From a virus (lineage: Duplodnaviria; Caudoviricetes): a stretch of 64,000 nucleotides of DNA. The DNA lies in IMG/VR virus record IMGVR_UViG_3300022074_005559. The stretch is one strand, 5' to 3'. Made by a program: the position numbers and the translations under genes. The stretch's first letter is position 1, and every line of letters starts with the position of its first letter. This document shows positions 1 to 8,955 of the stretch, one piece after another. Below the pieces are notes generated by a model. The model saw only the letters and a list, made by a program, of their open reading frames with translations, did no database searches and was not told the DNA's origin.

Positions 1-2
1 TG

Positions 3-80
3 CGCAACATTCCAATGGTAGCAGACCAAGAGATTAACTTGGCGGCAACACTAGTAGAACTATGTCAGATATCCAACTAA
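3..80 (+). CDS. C-terminal fragment of clamp loader subunit (T4 gp44/RFC-like), truncated by window start
   Basis: Open frame from window start reads RNIPMVADQEINLAATLVELCQISN*; ADQEINL..L.EL resembles the gp44-like C-terminus; a sliding clamp and PolB occur later in the window. Confidence 0.55.
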   Translation, partial: RNIPMVADQEINLAATLVELCQISN

Positions 81-1030
81 AGGATGTACTAACATATGGG
101 CATAGTTTCTGCGTCCTTCCTTTCATACACAAGCACATAGACCTCAACAATAAGCAAAAACTTTGTTGTCATAGCAGCGACATCATCGACGATGATCGAC
201 TACAAGCAGTGCGCACAGCAATGCTAGACAATAAATCTGTTGGTGAATGCAGAAAATGTGTAGCGCAAGAACAAATAAAGACTTTTAGTGAACGGCAACT
301 TTACAACAAAGAATGGCTTAAATCCTTTCCAGATTTAGATTTCCATAATCCAGAAGAACTAAGTTATGACTTGCGATACAGTAATCTTTGTAACCTAAGA
401 TGTCAAACTTGCAATGCAGGCAGTAGCAGCGAATGGGCTAGATACTTAGGTCATGAAGATATTTACAAAACTGTAGAGCCCGATCTTGATATCAACCCTA
501 ATGCTAAACGCATTTATCTTGCAGGCGGTGAACCTTTTATGATAAAGAGTTTTAGCACTGTGCTCGATAGTTTAGAAAACGTTGACTGCGAAATAATAAT
601 CAATACAAATGCAACTATCTTGACAGACCATATGATGTCTGCACTTAAACGTTTTACTAACTTATGTTTTGTACTTAGTATAGATGGCACAGGAGAAACA
701 ATAGAACGCATTAGGACGCTGTGTAGTTGGGATATAATACAAAAAAATATACAAGCACTAAGACAAGCACTAGATCCCAAGTTTATGGTTAACACAGTTG
801 TACAACATGACAACATAGACAATATACCAGAACTTGCAACTTGGATTGACCAACAGAACATCAGTGTTTGGCACACACATATCTGCACTAATCCTGAGCA
901 GTTTCATTACAGCCATTACACAGGAAAGGTTGCGTGGGAAGAAGATCTTTGGCAAAGAACGTGTGTAACGAAAAATATACAAGCACAAAATAGTTTGAGG
1001 ATGATTTACAAGGATCTGGTTGACAAATAA
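62..1030 (+). CDS. Radical SAM protein with N-terminal Cys-rich (twitch/SPASM-like) segment
   Basis: CNLRCQTC (CxxxCxxC), YLAGGEPF, INTNAT, LSIDG; N-terminal CVLPF..CC..CRKC. Confidence 0.85.
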   Translation: MSDIQLKDVLTYGHSFCVLPFIHKHIDLNNKQKLCCHSSDIIDDDRLQAVRTAMLDNKSVGECRKCVAQEQIKTFSERQLYNKEWLKSFPDLDFHNPEELSYDLRYSNLCNLRCQTCNAGSSSEWARYLGHEDIYKTVEPDLDINPNAKRIYLAGGEPFMIKSFSTVLDSLENVDCEIIINTNATILTDHMMSALKRFTNLCFVLSIDGTGETIERIRTLCSWDIIQKNIQALRQALDPKFMVNTVVQHDNIDNIPELATWIDQQNISVWHTHICTNPEQFHYSHYTGKVAWEEDLWQRTCVTKNIQAQNSLRMIYKDLVDK

Positions 1031-1047
1031 TATAAAGGTGCTATTAT
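1020..1047 (+). promoter_or_regulatory. Sigma70-type early promoter
   Basis: TTGACA-16nt-TATTAT with extended -10 TG, upstream of 1083. Confidence 0.65.
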
Positions 1048-1082
1048 ATACATATTGTTAAACATTACCAAGGACCAAAGCA

Positions 1083-1751
1083 ATGAAAGATACTACTTTC
1101 GACCTCAAACTAGTAATGACCTACGCTGTTGCAGCATATAACCAAAATCAAGAAGAATACATAAACTATCCTGGTCCAGACACCGTGACCAACAAAACAC
1201 TTATCCTTTCACATTTAGGTGTTCTTAGTGAACAGCAAACTGCGTTTATAGACACAGTTACGCAAGACTGCGAAACTACTGCAGAAGATATCATCAAATA
1301 CTACAGAGGCTTGACATTTAAAGCCATGGGTGCCAAGATCAATGATTTTGAGCAAAAAGTTCTCAACCTTATCCAAACAGGTGTAGTTGATCGCAGAGAT
1401 ATTGGCGTAATAGCAAGTTTGCCTAAAGCATACAACCGTGCAGTCAAACGTGATGCTAAAGACATCGAAATGCGCAAACTTAGTACTGTTAGTGAATACA
1501 TTGGCAATCTAGGCGAGAAGATCAGCGGCGAAGTAGAAATCATTAACTGTAGTTTTATACAGAGACTGGCTTGCTACATTGTAAATGCTAAAATCGGCAC
1601 AGATATTGTTTGCTTCTTTACTAAACATTCTGCAGAACATTGGGGCGATGCTTGTACAGTAGAAGGCAAAGTCAAACGTCACCAGACCAGTAAGTTCCAC
1701 GGTGGCAAAGAAACTGTGCTTAACTATGTAAAAGTGGTTGACAAAACTTAA
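1083..1751 (+). CDS. Hypothetical phage protein, possible C-terminal OB-like fold
   Basis: 222 aa ORF behind a promoter with an AAGGA SD; beta-rich C-terminus (VEGKVKRH..ETVLNYVKV). Confidence 0.6.
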   Translation: MKDTTFDLKLVMTYAVAAYNQNQEEYINYPGPDTVTNKTLILSHLGVLSEQQTAFIDTVTQDCETTAEDIIKYYRGLTFKAMGAKINDFEQKVLNLIQTGVVDRRDIGVIASLPKAYNRAVKRDAKDIEMRKLSTVSEYIGNLGEKISGEVEIINCSFIQRLACYIVNAKIGTDIVCFFTKHSAEHWGDACTVEGKVKRHQTSKFHGGKETVLNYVKVVDKT

Positions 1752-1765
1752 AAGTTTGCTATACT
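1738..1765 (+). promoter_or_regulatory. Sigma70-type early promoter
   Basis: TTGACA-16nt-TATACT with TG extension. Confidence 0.65.
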
Positions 1766-1795
1766 AGTAAAGTAAGTTAAAGAGAAAGAGAAAAT

Positions 1796-2368
1796 ATGAA
1801 AAAGACTATTATTGTAGATTGTGATGGCGTCCTATGTAATTGGGAGTATGCCTTCCATATTTTTATGGAAGAATACGGATTCCAAAAGATAGAAGGTGCT
1901 GAGACGATCTACAACGTAGGCGAACAGTACGGTATTAGCAAAGAACAAGGCAAGAAGATGATACGCATCTTCAACGAAAGTGCTGCTATTGGTTACCTTC
2001 CTCCACTGCGTGATGCAGTCGAAGTTATCACTAAGATGGCTGACGAAGGATGGACATTTATTTGTGTTACTAGTTTGTCAACTAACAAGTATGCACAAAA
2101 GTTGCGGGAACGGAACTTAGCAAAACTGTTTGGCAAAGGCACTTTTGAAAGTGTTGTTTGCTTGGCTACTGGCGCCGACAAAGACGAGGCTTTACTTAAA
2201 TACAAAGACAGCGGTTGTTACTGGGTCGAGGACAAAGTAGAAAACGCACTCGCTGGTGAAAAAGTCGGTCTGAAGCCTATTGTAATCGAGCATGGCTTTA
2301 ACATGGATTGCAAGGATTTTCCACTTGCTAAGAGTTGGAAAGAGGTTTACGAGATCGTAACTGCATAA
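1796..2368 (+). CDS. HAD-family 5'(3')-nucleotidase-like phosphatase
   Basis: IIVDCDGVL (HAD motif I), VTS (motif II), WVEDK (motif IV). Confidence 0.8.
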   Translation: MKKTIIVDCDGVLCNWEYAFHIFMEEYGFQKIEGAETIYNVGEQYGISKEQGKKMIRIFNESAAIGYLPPLRDAVEVITKMADEGWTFICVTSLSTNKYAQKLRERNLAKLFGKGTFESVVCLATGADKDEALLKYKDSGCYWVEDKVENALAGEKVGLKPIVIEHGFNMDCKDFPLAKSWKEVYEIVTA

Positions 2369-2378
2369 AGAGGCAGAT

Positions 2379-2513
2379 ATGGACAGAGGTACTAGACTAG
2401 ATCGAAGTCAAGCGGCAAGATCAAAACGTCGCAAACTTAAAAATATTGTTATTGAGTGTATGCTGAGAAAGTATGCAAGGCTTAGAAAGTTTAGGCGTAA
2501 ACGCAACAAATAA
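2379..2513 (+). CDS. Small very basic protein (44 aa), not in ORF track
   Basis: GAGG SD, ATG..TAA; MDRGTRLDRSQAARSKRRKLKNIVIECMLRKYARLRKFRRKRNK, 19 of 44 residues K/R. Confidence 0.5.
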   Translation: MDRGTRLDRSQAARSKRRKLKNIVIECMLRKYARLRKFRRKRNK

Positions 2514-2514
2514 T

Positions 2515-2600
2515 GTAGGTGCGGTGAAGTTGGAGTGTCACACTAGTCTCCAAAACTAGAGCAGAGATGCTAGGGGGTTCGAATCCCTCCACCTATGCCA
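2515..2600 (+). tRNA. tRNA-Trp(CCA) with long variable arm, 86 nt, CCA encoded
   Basis: Acceptor GTAGGTG/CACCTAT, anticodon arm CTAGT-CTCCAAA-ACTAG, T-loop TTCGAAT, variable arm AGCA-GAGA-TGCT, G73-CCA. Confidence 0.85.
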
Positions 2601-2605
2601 AATAA

Positions 2606-2680
2606 GTCCCTATCGTCTAATGGTTAGGACACCGCCCTTTCACGGCGGCAATCTCGGTTCGAATCCGGGTAGGGATACCA
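2606..2680 (+). tRNA. tRNA-Glu(TTC)
   Basis: GTCCCTA/TAGGGAT acceptor, CCGCC-CTTTCAC-GGCGG anticodon arm, TTCGAAT T-loop, 3' ACCA. Confidence 0.95.
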
Positions 2681-2685
2681 AATCA

Positions 2686-2762
2686 GCGGCTGTAGCTCAA
2701 CTGGATAGAGCATCGGTCTACGAAACCGAAGGCTAGGAGTTCGAATCTCTTCAGCCGCGCCA
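2686..2762 (+). tRNA. tRNA-Arg(ACG)
   Basis: GCGGCTG/CAGCCGC acceptor, TCGGT-CTACGAA-ACCGA anticodon arm, TTCGAAT T-loop, 3' GCCA. Confidence 0.95.
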
Positions 2763-2768
2763 AGTCAC

Positions 2769-2805
2769 AAAAAAAGCGCCATATGGCGCTTTTCTTTTAT
2801 TTTTA
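2769..2805. terminator. Bidirectional intrinsic terminator
   Basis: A-tract GCGCC-ATAT-GGCGC T-tract between convergent tRNA array and minus-strand ORF. Confidence 0.85.
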
Positions 2806-2814
2806 TTATGCGAT

Positions 2815-3339
2815 CTATTTTAGTGGAAGGGTAACAGTTGTACCGTCTATACCATCACTTCCCCAAACAGGGATATGATTGAAAACTGTAACACCGCTCC
2901 AAAAATCACTTGGAATCTGGTCACCTGCTACTGCTGTAGGAAGTTCCTGCATATAACTGTCTGCTGTTGTCCAGTCTGATACAACTGTTGCTGGATTACT
3001 ACTTGGTGTTGTATATACTGCGCCGCTTTGTCCACTTACATTATTGGCTTTAGGATTGTACCCAATCATGTCAATCCAAATATTTCTATCTGTGTCAGTG
3101 TCTACATAGTACTCGTTCTTGAGCACTACCTTAATATCAATGTCCACACTACCGTCGCCAGCAGGATCTGCAAGTCCTGTAGTTTCCCACGTTACTAACT
3201 GTGGGCTATCTGCGCTAGTAGCAGTGATTGTTGTATTGTCTACAACTTTTGTACCATCAATGAATACGTCCATTCTTGCGTCTTCACTGCCTGCACTGTC
3301 TTGCCAGCATTGAATAGCAAATCTATAATCTGTTGCCAT
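2815..3339 (-). CDS. Carbohydrate-binding-module-like protein (CBM60-like beta sandwich)
   Basis: ARMDVFIDGTKV...IKVVLKNEY..DTDRNIWIDMI resembles the Ca-dependent CBM60 signature DRNL.VD; S/T/D rich. Confidence 0.5.
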   Translation of the reverse strand: MATDYRFAIQCWQDSAGSEDARMDVFIDGTKVVDNTTITATSADSPQLVTWETTGLADPAGDGSVDIDIKVVLKNEYYVDTDTDRNIWIDMIGYNPKANNVSGQSGAVYTTPSSNPATVVSDWTTADSYMQELPTAVAGDQIPSDFWSGVTVFNHIPVWGSDGIDGTTVTLPLK

Positions 3340-3381
3340 GTGTCTTGTTCTCCGAAGATAAATCTGTTTGTTATAACATGT

Positions 3382-4131
3382 TTATTTATCGCCATATATA
3401 TCTAAGACTTCGATGACTGCTGGATGTCTTTCAATGTCTTGATGTTCAAACTCAGCAATGCTAATGTACTCACTGTCGTTAAATCTCGCATATAGTCGTT
3501 TGAAATCAATCAATCCGTTTTCATATTCTTTACGATCTGTTTGTGCAATATCACCGGTTACTACCATACGACTGTTGTCTCCAATGCGTGTAAGTAACAT
3601 CTTCATTTGATTAGGTGTTGCGTTCTGCATTTCATCTGCAATAACCCAAGCGTTTTTAAAAGTTCGACCCCGCATGAATGCCAGTGGCGAAATCTCAATA
3701 ACACCTTCCTGGATCATGGTTTGTATTTGCTTGGCATTGTAGTAATCTCTCATTACATCAAATATTGGCTTTGTCCAAGGCGCCATCTTATCTTCTATAG
3801 TGCCTGGTAGGAAACCGTGTTGTTCATCATCTACACCTACTGCCGGTCGTGTAATGATAATACGTTCTGCATCTCCTTCTTTTAACGCTTTAACAGCTGC
3901 TAGTACAGCCAACATTGTTTTTCCCGTGCCTGCTGGTCCTGTTGCAAAAACAATAGTTTGCGTAGGATCTAGTAGTTTAAAAATGTAAGATTTTTGGTTA
4001 GGATTGCGTCCATGTAAATGAACTTCTTTTTGTTTGGTTGCTTGTGGTAGGTAGTGTACGTTTGATTCCATATACTCAGCATGTGTAAGGTGTTGACGCT
4101 GAGGTTTAGCTTTGCGTTGTTTTCTAGCCAT
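3382..4131 (-). CDS. phoH: PhoH-like ATPase
   Basis: GPAGTGKT Walker A, RPAV, GFLPG, LAFMRGRTF, ADEMQN, GDIAQTD, RHPAV; start placed at MARKQ (4131). Confidence 0.95.
   Translation of the reverse strand: MARKQRKAKPQRQHLTHAEYMESNVHYLPQATKQKEVHLHGRNPNQKSYIFKLLDPTQTIVFATGPAGTGKTMLAVLAAVKALKEGDAERIIITRPAVGVDDEQHGFLPGTIEDKMAPWTKPIFDVMRDYYNAKQIQTMIQEGVIEISPLAFMRGRTFKNAWVIADEMQNATPNQMKMLLTRIGDNSRMVVTGDIAQTDRKEYENGLIDFKRLYARFNDSEYISIAEFEHQDIERHPAVIEVLDIYGDK
3383..3390 (-). promoter_or_regulatory. T4-like late promoter (GATAAATA)
   Basis: TATTTATC on + strand, ~45 nt upstream of the 3339 start. Confidence 0.5.
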
Positions 4132-4271
4132 TATATATGCATTCTCCTGATTGCATAGAGAAGCATACAAGGTGTTATATTATAGAGCAAATATGCCTCC
4201 CTTGTTAATATTACTTACGTCGCTAGAGCGATAGTTAAGTATCCATATATTTGATTAAGTGCGCATATAAT

Positions 4272-4279
4272 GATAAATA
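4272..4279 (+). promoter_or_regulatory. T4-like late promoter (GATAAATA)
   Basis: Same octamer as upstream of 3339(-), 10530, 22382 and 29323. Confidence 0.45.
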
Positions 4280-4284
4280 TTTTT

Positions 4285-4839
4285 ATGCTCCCCCAATATA
4301 TATTTTACACAGGTGTGCCTGGCAGTCGCTGGAGTGGCATTGCACAGGAAATAAAATCCTCGGGTCAATACAACTGCACAGATCGTGCAGAACATCGCAT
4401 ATACAAACATGGCGACTTCAGTGGACACTGTGATGCTTATTATGGCACTGGTATGGAGTTTCCTGCAAACCCTGCTGAAGGCGGGTTGGATAAGCACAAC
4501 CTCAATGCACCCTATACACAGTGGGACCTTAGTTCTGGAAGCAAACTACTAATGAGTCACGAGTGGCCCTACTACTTTAATGAAATACAAGAACGCTATC
4601 CACTTGCATGGATACAACTAGTTTACAGACCAGACTGGGCAAGTTTTCTATGGTGGAAGAAGGCAGGTGGATTTGACATTACCTATCCAAACTATGACTG
4701 GTATGAAACAGACTACTTGATGACCAAACGTATTGAAGAACAGAATAAATTAATACTTGACTTTGGTCAAAAACATAGTGTACAATGGATACAACATCAC
4801 AAACACAGTGACATTTTTATAGGAACTTATAAACCGTGA
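4285..4839 (+). CDS. P-loop/sulfotransferase-like protein
   Basis: IFYTGVPGSRWSGIA N-terminal loop, LLMSH, LVYRP. Confidence 0.45.
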   Translation: MLPQYIFYTGVPGSRWSGIAQEIKSSGQYNCTDRAEHRIYKHGDFSGHCDAYYGTGMEFPANPAEGGLDKHNLNAPYTQWDLSSGSKLLMSHEWPYYFNEIQERYPLAWIQLVYRPDWASFLWWKKAGGFDITYPNYDWYETDYLMTKRIEEQNKLILDFGQKHSVQWIQHHKHSDIFIGTYKP

Positions 4840-5513
4840 ACCATAAAATCCTACACAAACTTGAACAAATGATCCATACTAGCCCGCAGTTGTTGCGTAA
4901 CTCACGCACATTGCAACAGGCTATTCAAGGTACATTCGACGTTGAAATTGATGTTGAATATACACACATTGGCGAACTTGTTGATCGCATTGACGATAAA
5001 GTGTTAGACAACTACTTTCGCAATGTATGGCAAGGCGAAATGAAAAAGTACAAGTACAGTGGACTTGCACTCATTGACGAGATCAACAGTTTAAAGCCAC
5101 GCAAGGTACTAGACATTGGTTGCGGATATCATGAGTTTAAAGGCAAGATAGATAATCTAGTTGGCATTGATCCTTATAATGATGCAGCAGATTTGCATGT
5201 AAAACTACTAGATCATCATCCAGATGAAAAGTATGATGCTACAATAGCACTTGGCAGTATCAACTTTGGCAGCACAGATAAAATTTATGCAGAACTGGAA
5301 CATGCTGTAAGTTTGTGTAATCCAGGTGCAGTAATGTTCTTTAGAGCAAATCCTGGACTACCACATGACAAAAGCGAGTCAAACTGGATTTACTTTTACC
5401 CATGGGACAGCAACTTTATTGTTAACTGTGCAGAACAACTTGGCGTAGAAATACTAGACATTAGAACCGACAGCCACAAAAATCGGTTATACTTCGTGTG
5501 GCGGACTAAATAA
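4836..5513 (+). CDS. Class I SAM-dependent methyltransferase
   Basis: KVLDIGCG motif I, VGIDP, KYDATIALGSINF, LCNPGA. Confidence 0.8.
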   Translation: MNHKILHKLEQMIHTSPQLLRNSRTLQQAIQGTFDVEIDVEYTHIGELVDRIDDKVLDNYFRNVWQGEMKKYKYSGLALIDEINSLKPRKVLDIGCGYHEFKGKIDNLVGIDPYNDAADLHVKLLDHHPDEKYDATIALGSINFGSTDKIYAELEHAVSLCNPGAVMFFRANPGLPHDKSESNWIYFYPWDSNFIVNCAEQLGVEILDIRTDSHKNRLYFVWRTK

Positions 5514-5521
5514 ACACATAG

Positions 5522-5613
5522 TACAACTAACGCTCTTTTGCGGAATGCAGTGAAGTTCAGTTGTATATCCCCCAATAAATTAAAAAGGCACAGTAGGTGT
5601 TAGCACCTCTGTG
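5522..5613 (+). promoter_or_regulatory. Structured intergenic leader (two hairpins) upstream of tctA
   Basis: TACAACT(5522-28)/AGTTGTA(5559-65) long hairpin; CACAG-T-AGGTG-TTAG-CACCT-CTGTG (5589-5613) hairpin. Confidence 0.45.
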
Positions 5614-5621
5614 ATTTCTCT

Positions 5622-7145
5622 ATGGAAACATACATCATTGTATTACTGCTAGGAGTCTTCTATGGATTCTTTGTAGGACTTATACCAGTAGCAGGTGCTA
5701 CCACTGGACTTATTGCAGTCTACAGTTTTGTAGGTTACTTTCATGATCCTTACATGCTGGTGGTGTTTACCACCGCAGTTGTTGTGACCAGCAGCATTGG
5801 CGACACGTTTTGTGGTGTAGTTATGAACGTACCTGGAGCAGGTGGAGCTGCAGCAACAATGGTTGATGGCTTTCCTATGAGCAGGCGCGGACAAGCAGCA
5901 AGAGCATTAAGTGCAGCAATCAGCACAAGTTGGGTTAACGGACTTATTTGGGGACTGTTGGTGTTTTTGTTCTTGCCGTACTATACCAAAATTGTACTGT
6001 ACTTTGGCACAGCAGAAATGTTTTCGTTCCTTATATTTGCAATGACATGTGTTATCTTTATCAGCAGTAAGTATTGGGTTCGTGGCGTCTTTGCTCTTGT
6101 AGCAGGTGTTGTACTAGGACTAGTAGGCATGGACCCAGACACAGCCGCATCACGTTGGATCACAGTAATTCCACAGTTTGATTTTAATACTTGGACCATT
6201 TGGTTTGCTGATTGGGATTATATTGAAGATGGTATTCAAATGATCCCAGTGATGGCAGGTGTACTAGCGTTCCCTGAACTAGTTAGTGCATACAGAATGC
6301 AAGCAACAAAAGTTAGTTTGACCAAAGGTGATATTGTTACACAGTTGATACAAGGTATCAAAGACACTTGGAAATACAAGTGGGATGGCTTGCGTGGTGG
6401 CTTTATTGGCGGCTTTGTGGGACTGGTGCCAGGCATCGGCGGCAATATTGCAGATTGGTTTGCATATAGCCAAACAGTTGCTTTATCACGCAAACCAGGT
6501 AAAGGTGCTGATGCCAATGGCGAAAAGTACCCAGTAGGACAAGGCAACGTACAAGGTGTAATTGGCTGCGAAGGCGCCAACAATGCACAAAAAGCCACCA
6601 GTTATGTTCCTACTATTTTGTTTGGTATTCCTGGTGCACCATTTGAAGTCATCGTAATGGGCTTGTTGATGTACGTTGGACTTGAACTAGGTAGTCCAGC
6701 AGTACTAGAAGACGGGGTGTTCTTTGATCACCTACTAAGCAGTTATATGTTAAGTTTGCTAATTATTTTACCAATCAGTTACGGATTTATTCGTTATGCG
6801 GTATACATTACAAACATTCCATTCAAGTTTTACTTCTGGCCCATTATGGCAAGTCTAATATGGACCACATCACAGTACACAGGATTCTTTGACGATTATC
6901 TTATGTTTGCTATGTGTTGTGCAGTTGGCTTGGGCATGAAGTATTTTAAATTCAGTCGCATAAGTTTCCTAATCGGATTTATATTATCGCATAGACTTGA
7001 AGCAAGTTGGGTACAGTTTAACACATTCGGGTACGGATGGGAAGAACTACTGCTTGCACCCTTCCCTGCCGCATTTATTGCACTAGCGATACTTGCAGCA
7101 ATTTGGGGAATATTCTTTAATAAAGCAAAAATTGATTTTGTATAA
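5622..7145 (+). CDS. tctA: Tripartite tricarboxylate transporter large permease TctA
   Basis: ~12 TM; NVPGAGGAAATMVDGFPMSRRGQAARAL, GLVPGIGG, EGANNA, LFGIPG. Confidence 0.9.
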   Translation: METYIIVLLLGVFYGFFVGLIPVAGATTGLIAVYSFVGYFHDPYMLVVFTTAVVVTSSIGDTFCGVVMNVPGAGGAAATMVDGFPMSRRGQAARALSAAISTSWVNGLIWGLLVFLFLPYYTKIVLYFGTAEMFSFLIFAMTCVIFISSKYWVRGVFALVAGVVLGLVGMDPDTAASRWITVIPQFDFNTWTIWFADWDYIEDGIQMIPVMAGVLAFPELVSAYRMQATKVSLTKGDIVTQLIQGIKDTWKYKWDGLRGGFIGGFVGLVPGIGGNIADWFAYSQTVALSRKPGKGADANGEKYPVGQGNVQGVIGCEGANNAQKATSYVPTILFGIPGAPFEVIVMGLLMYVGLELGSPAVLEDGVFFDHLLSSYMLSLLIILPISYGFIRYAVYITNIPFKFYFWPIMASLIWTTSQYTGFFDDYLMFAMCCAVGLGMKYFKFSRISFLIGFILSHRLEASWVQFNTFGYGWEELLLAPFPAAFIALAILAAIWGIFFNKAKIDFV

Positions 7146-7157
7146 CAGGAGTTAAAA

Positions 7158-8225
7158 ATGAAAATCAAAAATATACTAATCGGTGCTGTAGCAGCACTAT
7201 CAATGACAGCGACTGTTGCAACAGCAGACATCACTGTTGTTAACCCACAAAAGCCAGGCGGCGGAACCACAGTGTGGACTGAGATTATTATGAAAGAACT
7301 CAGCAAGCATCTTGGAGAGCGCATCAAATTGCGTAACATTCCAGGCGCACGTGATATCCCAGGAATCAACAAATGGCACAACGAACTACGTTTTAACGAA
7401 GATACAATTGTTGTCACACATGGTGGTAACGGTGTAAGTTTCTTGCAAGAAAATGTTGACTACAACTATGCAGATTATGAATCAATTGGTCTAATGAACT
7501 TGAACATCATCATGGGCAAAGTAAAAGGTGCAGACATGGACAAGCCAGTGTTTGCTGGTACATCAGGTGCTGTTCCAGAAGCATTTGCAATTGCAATGAT
7601 GATTTGTGGTCCAGATCAAACGCTTGACCAATACATTGCATGCTTTGGTGAGAATGTTAAATGGGTCAAAGGTATGTCAGGTGGCGAACGTCGTTTAGCA
7701 TTCAAGCGTGGAGATCTAACTGGTTCACGTGAAAATCCAGCAACATATGCAATTCACATTGCACCAGACGAAAATGCAGAACTTTGGTTCCATCATGGTC
7801 TACTTGACCCAACAACAGGCAAGCATGTAGATGATGCAAACTTCCCAGGCGCACAATTTGAAATACAATTCAAAGAGCGTTATGGCGTTGAACCATCAGG
7901 TGAGTTCTACGATGCGTATGTGCTGGTTAAATCATTCCGTGATGGCTTGCAAAAAGCAATCTGGGTTAACAAAGGCAATCCGAAACTGCGTGATCGTCTA
8001 GTATCAGCAATGAATAAAATGGCAAACGATCCAGAATCAATGGCAGCTATTGAAGCAAAGAACGGCAAGTATGAGTGGTTCATTGGCGAGCGTGGCGATC
8101 AAATGCGTGACACATTGATGACATTCATCACAGAAGATGCACTACGCACTTTGGTACGTTTCAACAAAGAAGCACTTGGTCTAAATAGTGTGCTAAAAGA
8201 AGAACTGTTTCCACAGAATCGTTAA
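7158..8225 (+). CDS. tctC: TTT periplasmic substrate-binding protein TctC/Bug-like
   Basis: Signal peptide MKIKNILIGAVAALSMTATVATA; ITVVNPQKPGGGT, NIPGA; follows tctA. Confidence 0.75.
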   Translation: MKIKNILIGAVAALSMTATVATADITVVNPQKPGGGTTVWTEIIMKELSKHLGERIKLRNIPGARDIPGINKWHNELRFNEDTIVVTHGGNGVSFLQENVDYNYADYESIGLMNLNIIMGKVKGADMDKPVFAGTSGAVPEAFAIAMMICGPDQTLDQYIACFGENVKWVKGMSGGERRLAFKRGDLTGSRENPATYAIHIAPDENAELWFHHGLLDPTTGKHVDDANFPGAQFEIQFKERYGVEPSGEFYDAYVLVKSFRDGLQKAIWVNKGNPKLRDRLVSAMNKMANDPESMAAIEAKNGKYEWFIGERGDQMRDTLMTFITEDALRTLVRFNKEALGLNSVLKEELFPQNR

Positions 8226-8234
8226 AAAACAATC

Positions 8235-8265
8235 AAGGGTTGCAGTGTTGTATTGCAACCCTTTT
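8235..8265 (+). terminator. Hairpin, probable terminator or processing stem
   Basis: AAGGGTTGCA-9nt-TGCAACCCTT followed by TT. Confidence 0.55.
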
Positions 8266-8283
8266 ACAAAACAGGAGATTGAG

Positions 8284-8955
8284 ATGAAAAGCAATTGGGA
8301 AAAGACTGCACCACGCAATAACTATCATTATGATTCGTTTCGTAATGATCCAGCATACGATGCCATGCGTTACATTGGAAAGTTTACAGGTGATTGGACA
8401 ACAGCACTAGAGCGCACAATTGAAAAAAGTAATGAAATAACATGGAGAACACGAAATCCAATTGACAACCCCAACGGCAGTGAAGACATTGAAGCAGAAG
8501 AATTAGATCTAATCAACACAGGCGCAAGTCCAGACCTTGTGCTAACAAATCTCGACTATGCAATTGAGCCAATCTTTCAACGCATGACAGATGCACTGCA
8601 TCTACTGCCTGGAGATGACAGAGATGTACAACGTCGAGTGCATGTGCAAATGCCCGGACAAGTGTGGAACTTGCATGTTGATAAGTTAGAAAAATGGAAC
8701 AAAGCAGAACCCACAAGTGTGTATCGTTTTATGGTCATGCTTAATGATTGGGAACCTGGACATTTTATTCAATACGGAAATTTTGTACACACACAATATC
8801 GTGCAGGTGAGATCTACAGTTTTGATTGGTTTAACAGTCCACATTGTACTGCAAATGCAGGGCGTGTTCCACGTAGTACGCTACTGGTTACAGGTGTAGC
8901 AACACCAGAAATGCACATGCTGTTCTCACATTACGACCTTCAAATACCAGTATGA
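8284..8955 (+). CDS. Fe(II)/2OG-type cupin oxygenase-like protein
   Basis: LHVD (HxD) and distal PHCTAN His; start placed at MKSNW. Confidence 0.6.
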   Translation: MKSNWEKTAPRNNYHYDSFRNDPAYDAMRYIGKFTGDWTTALERTIEKSNEITWRTRNPIDNPNGSEDIEAEELDLINTGASPDLVLTNLDYAIEPIFQRMTDALHLLPGDDRDVQRRVHVQMPGQVWNLHVDKLEKWNKAEPTSVYRFMVMLNDWEPGHFIQYGNFVHTQYRAGEIYSFDWFNSPHCTANAGRVPRSTLLVTGVATPEMHMLFSHYDLQIPV

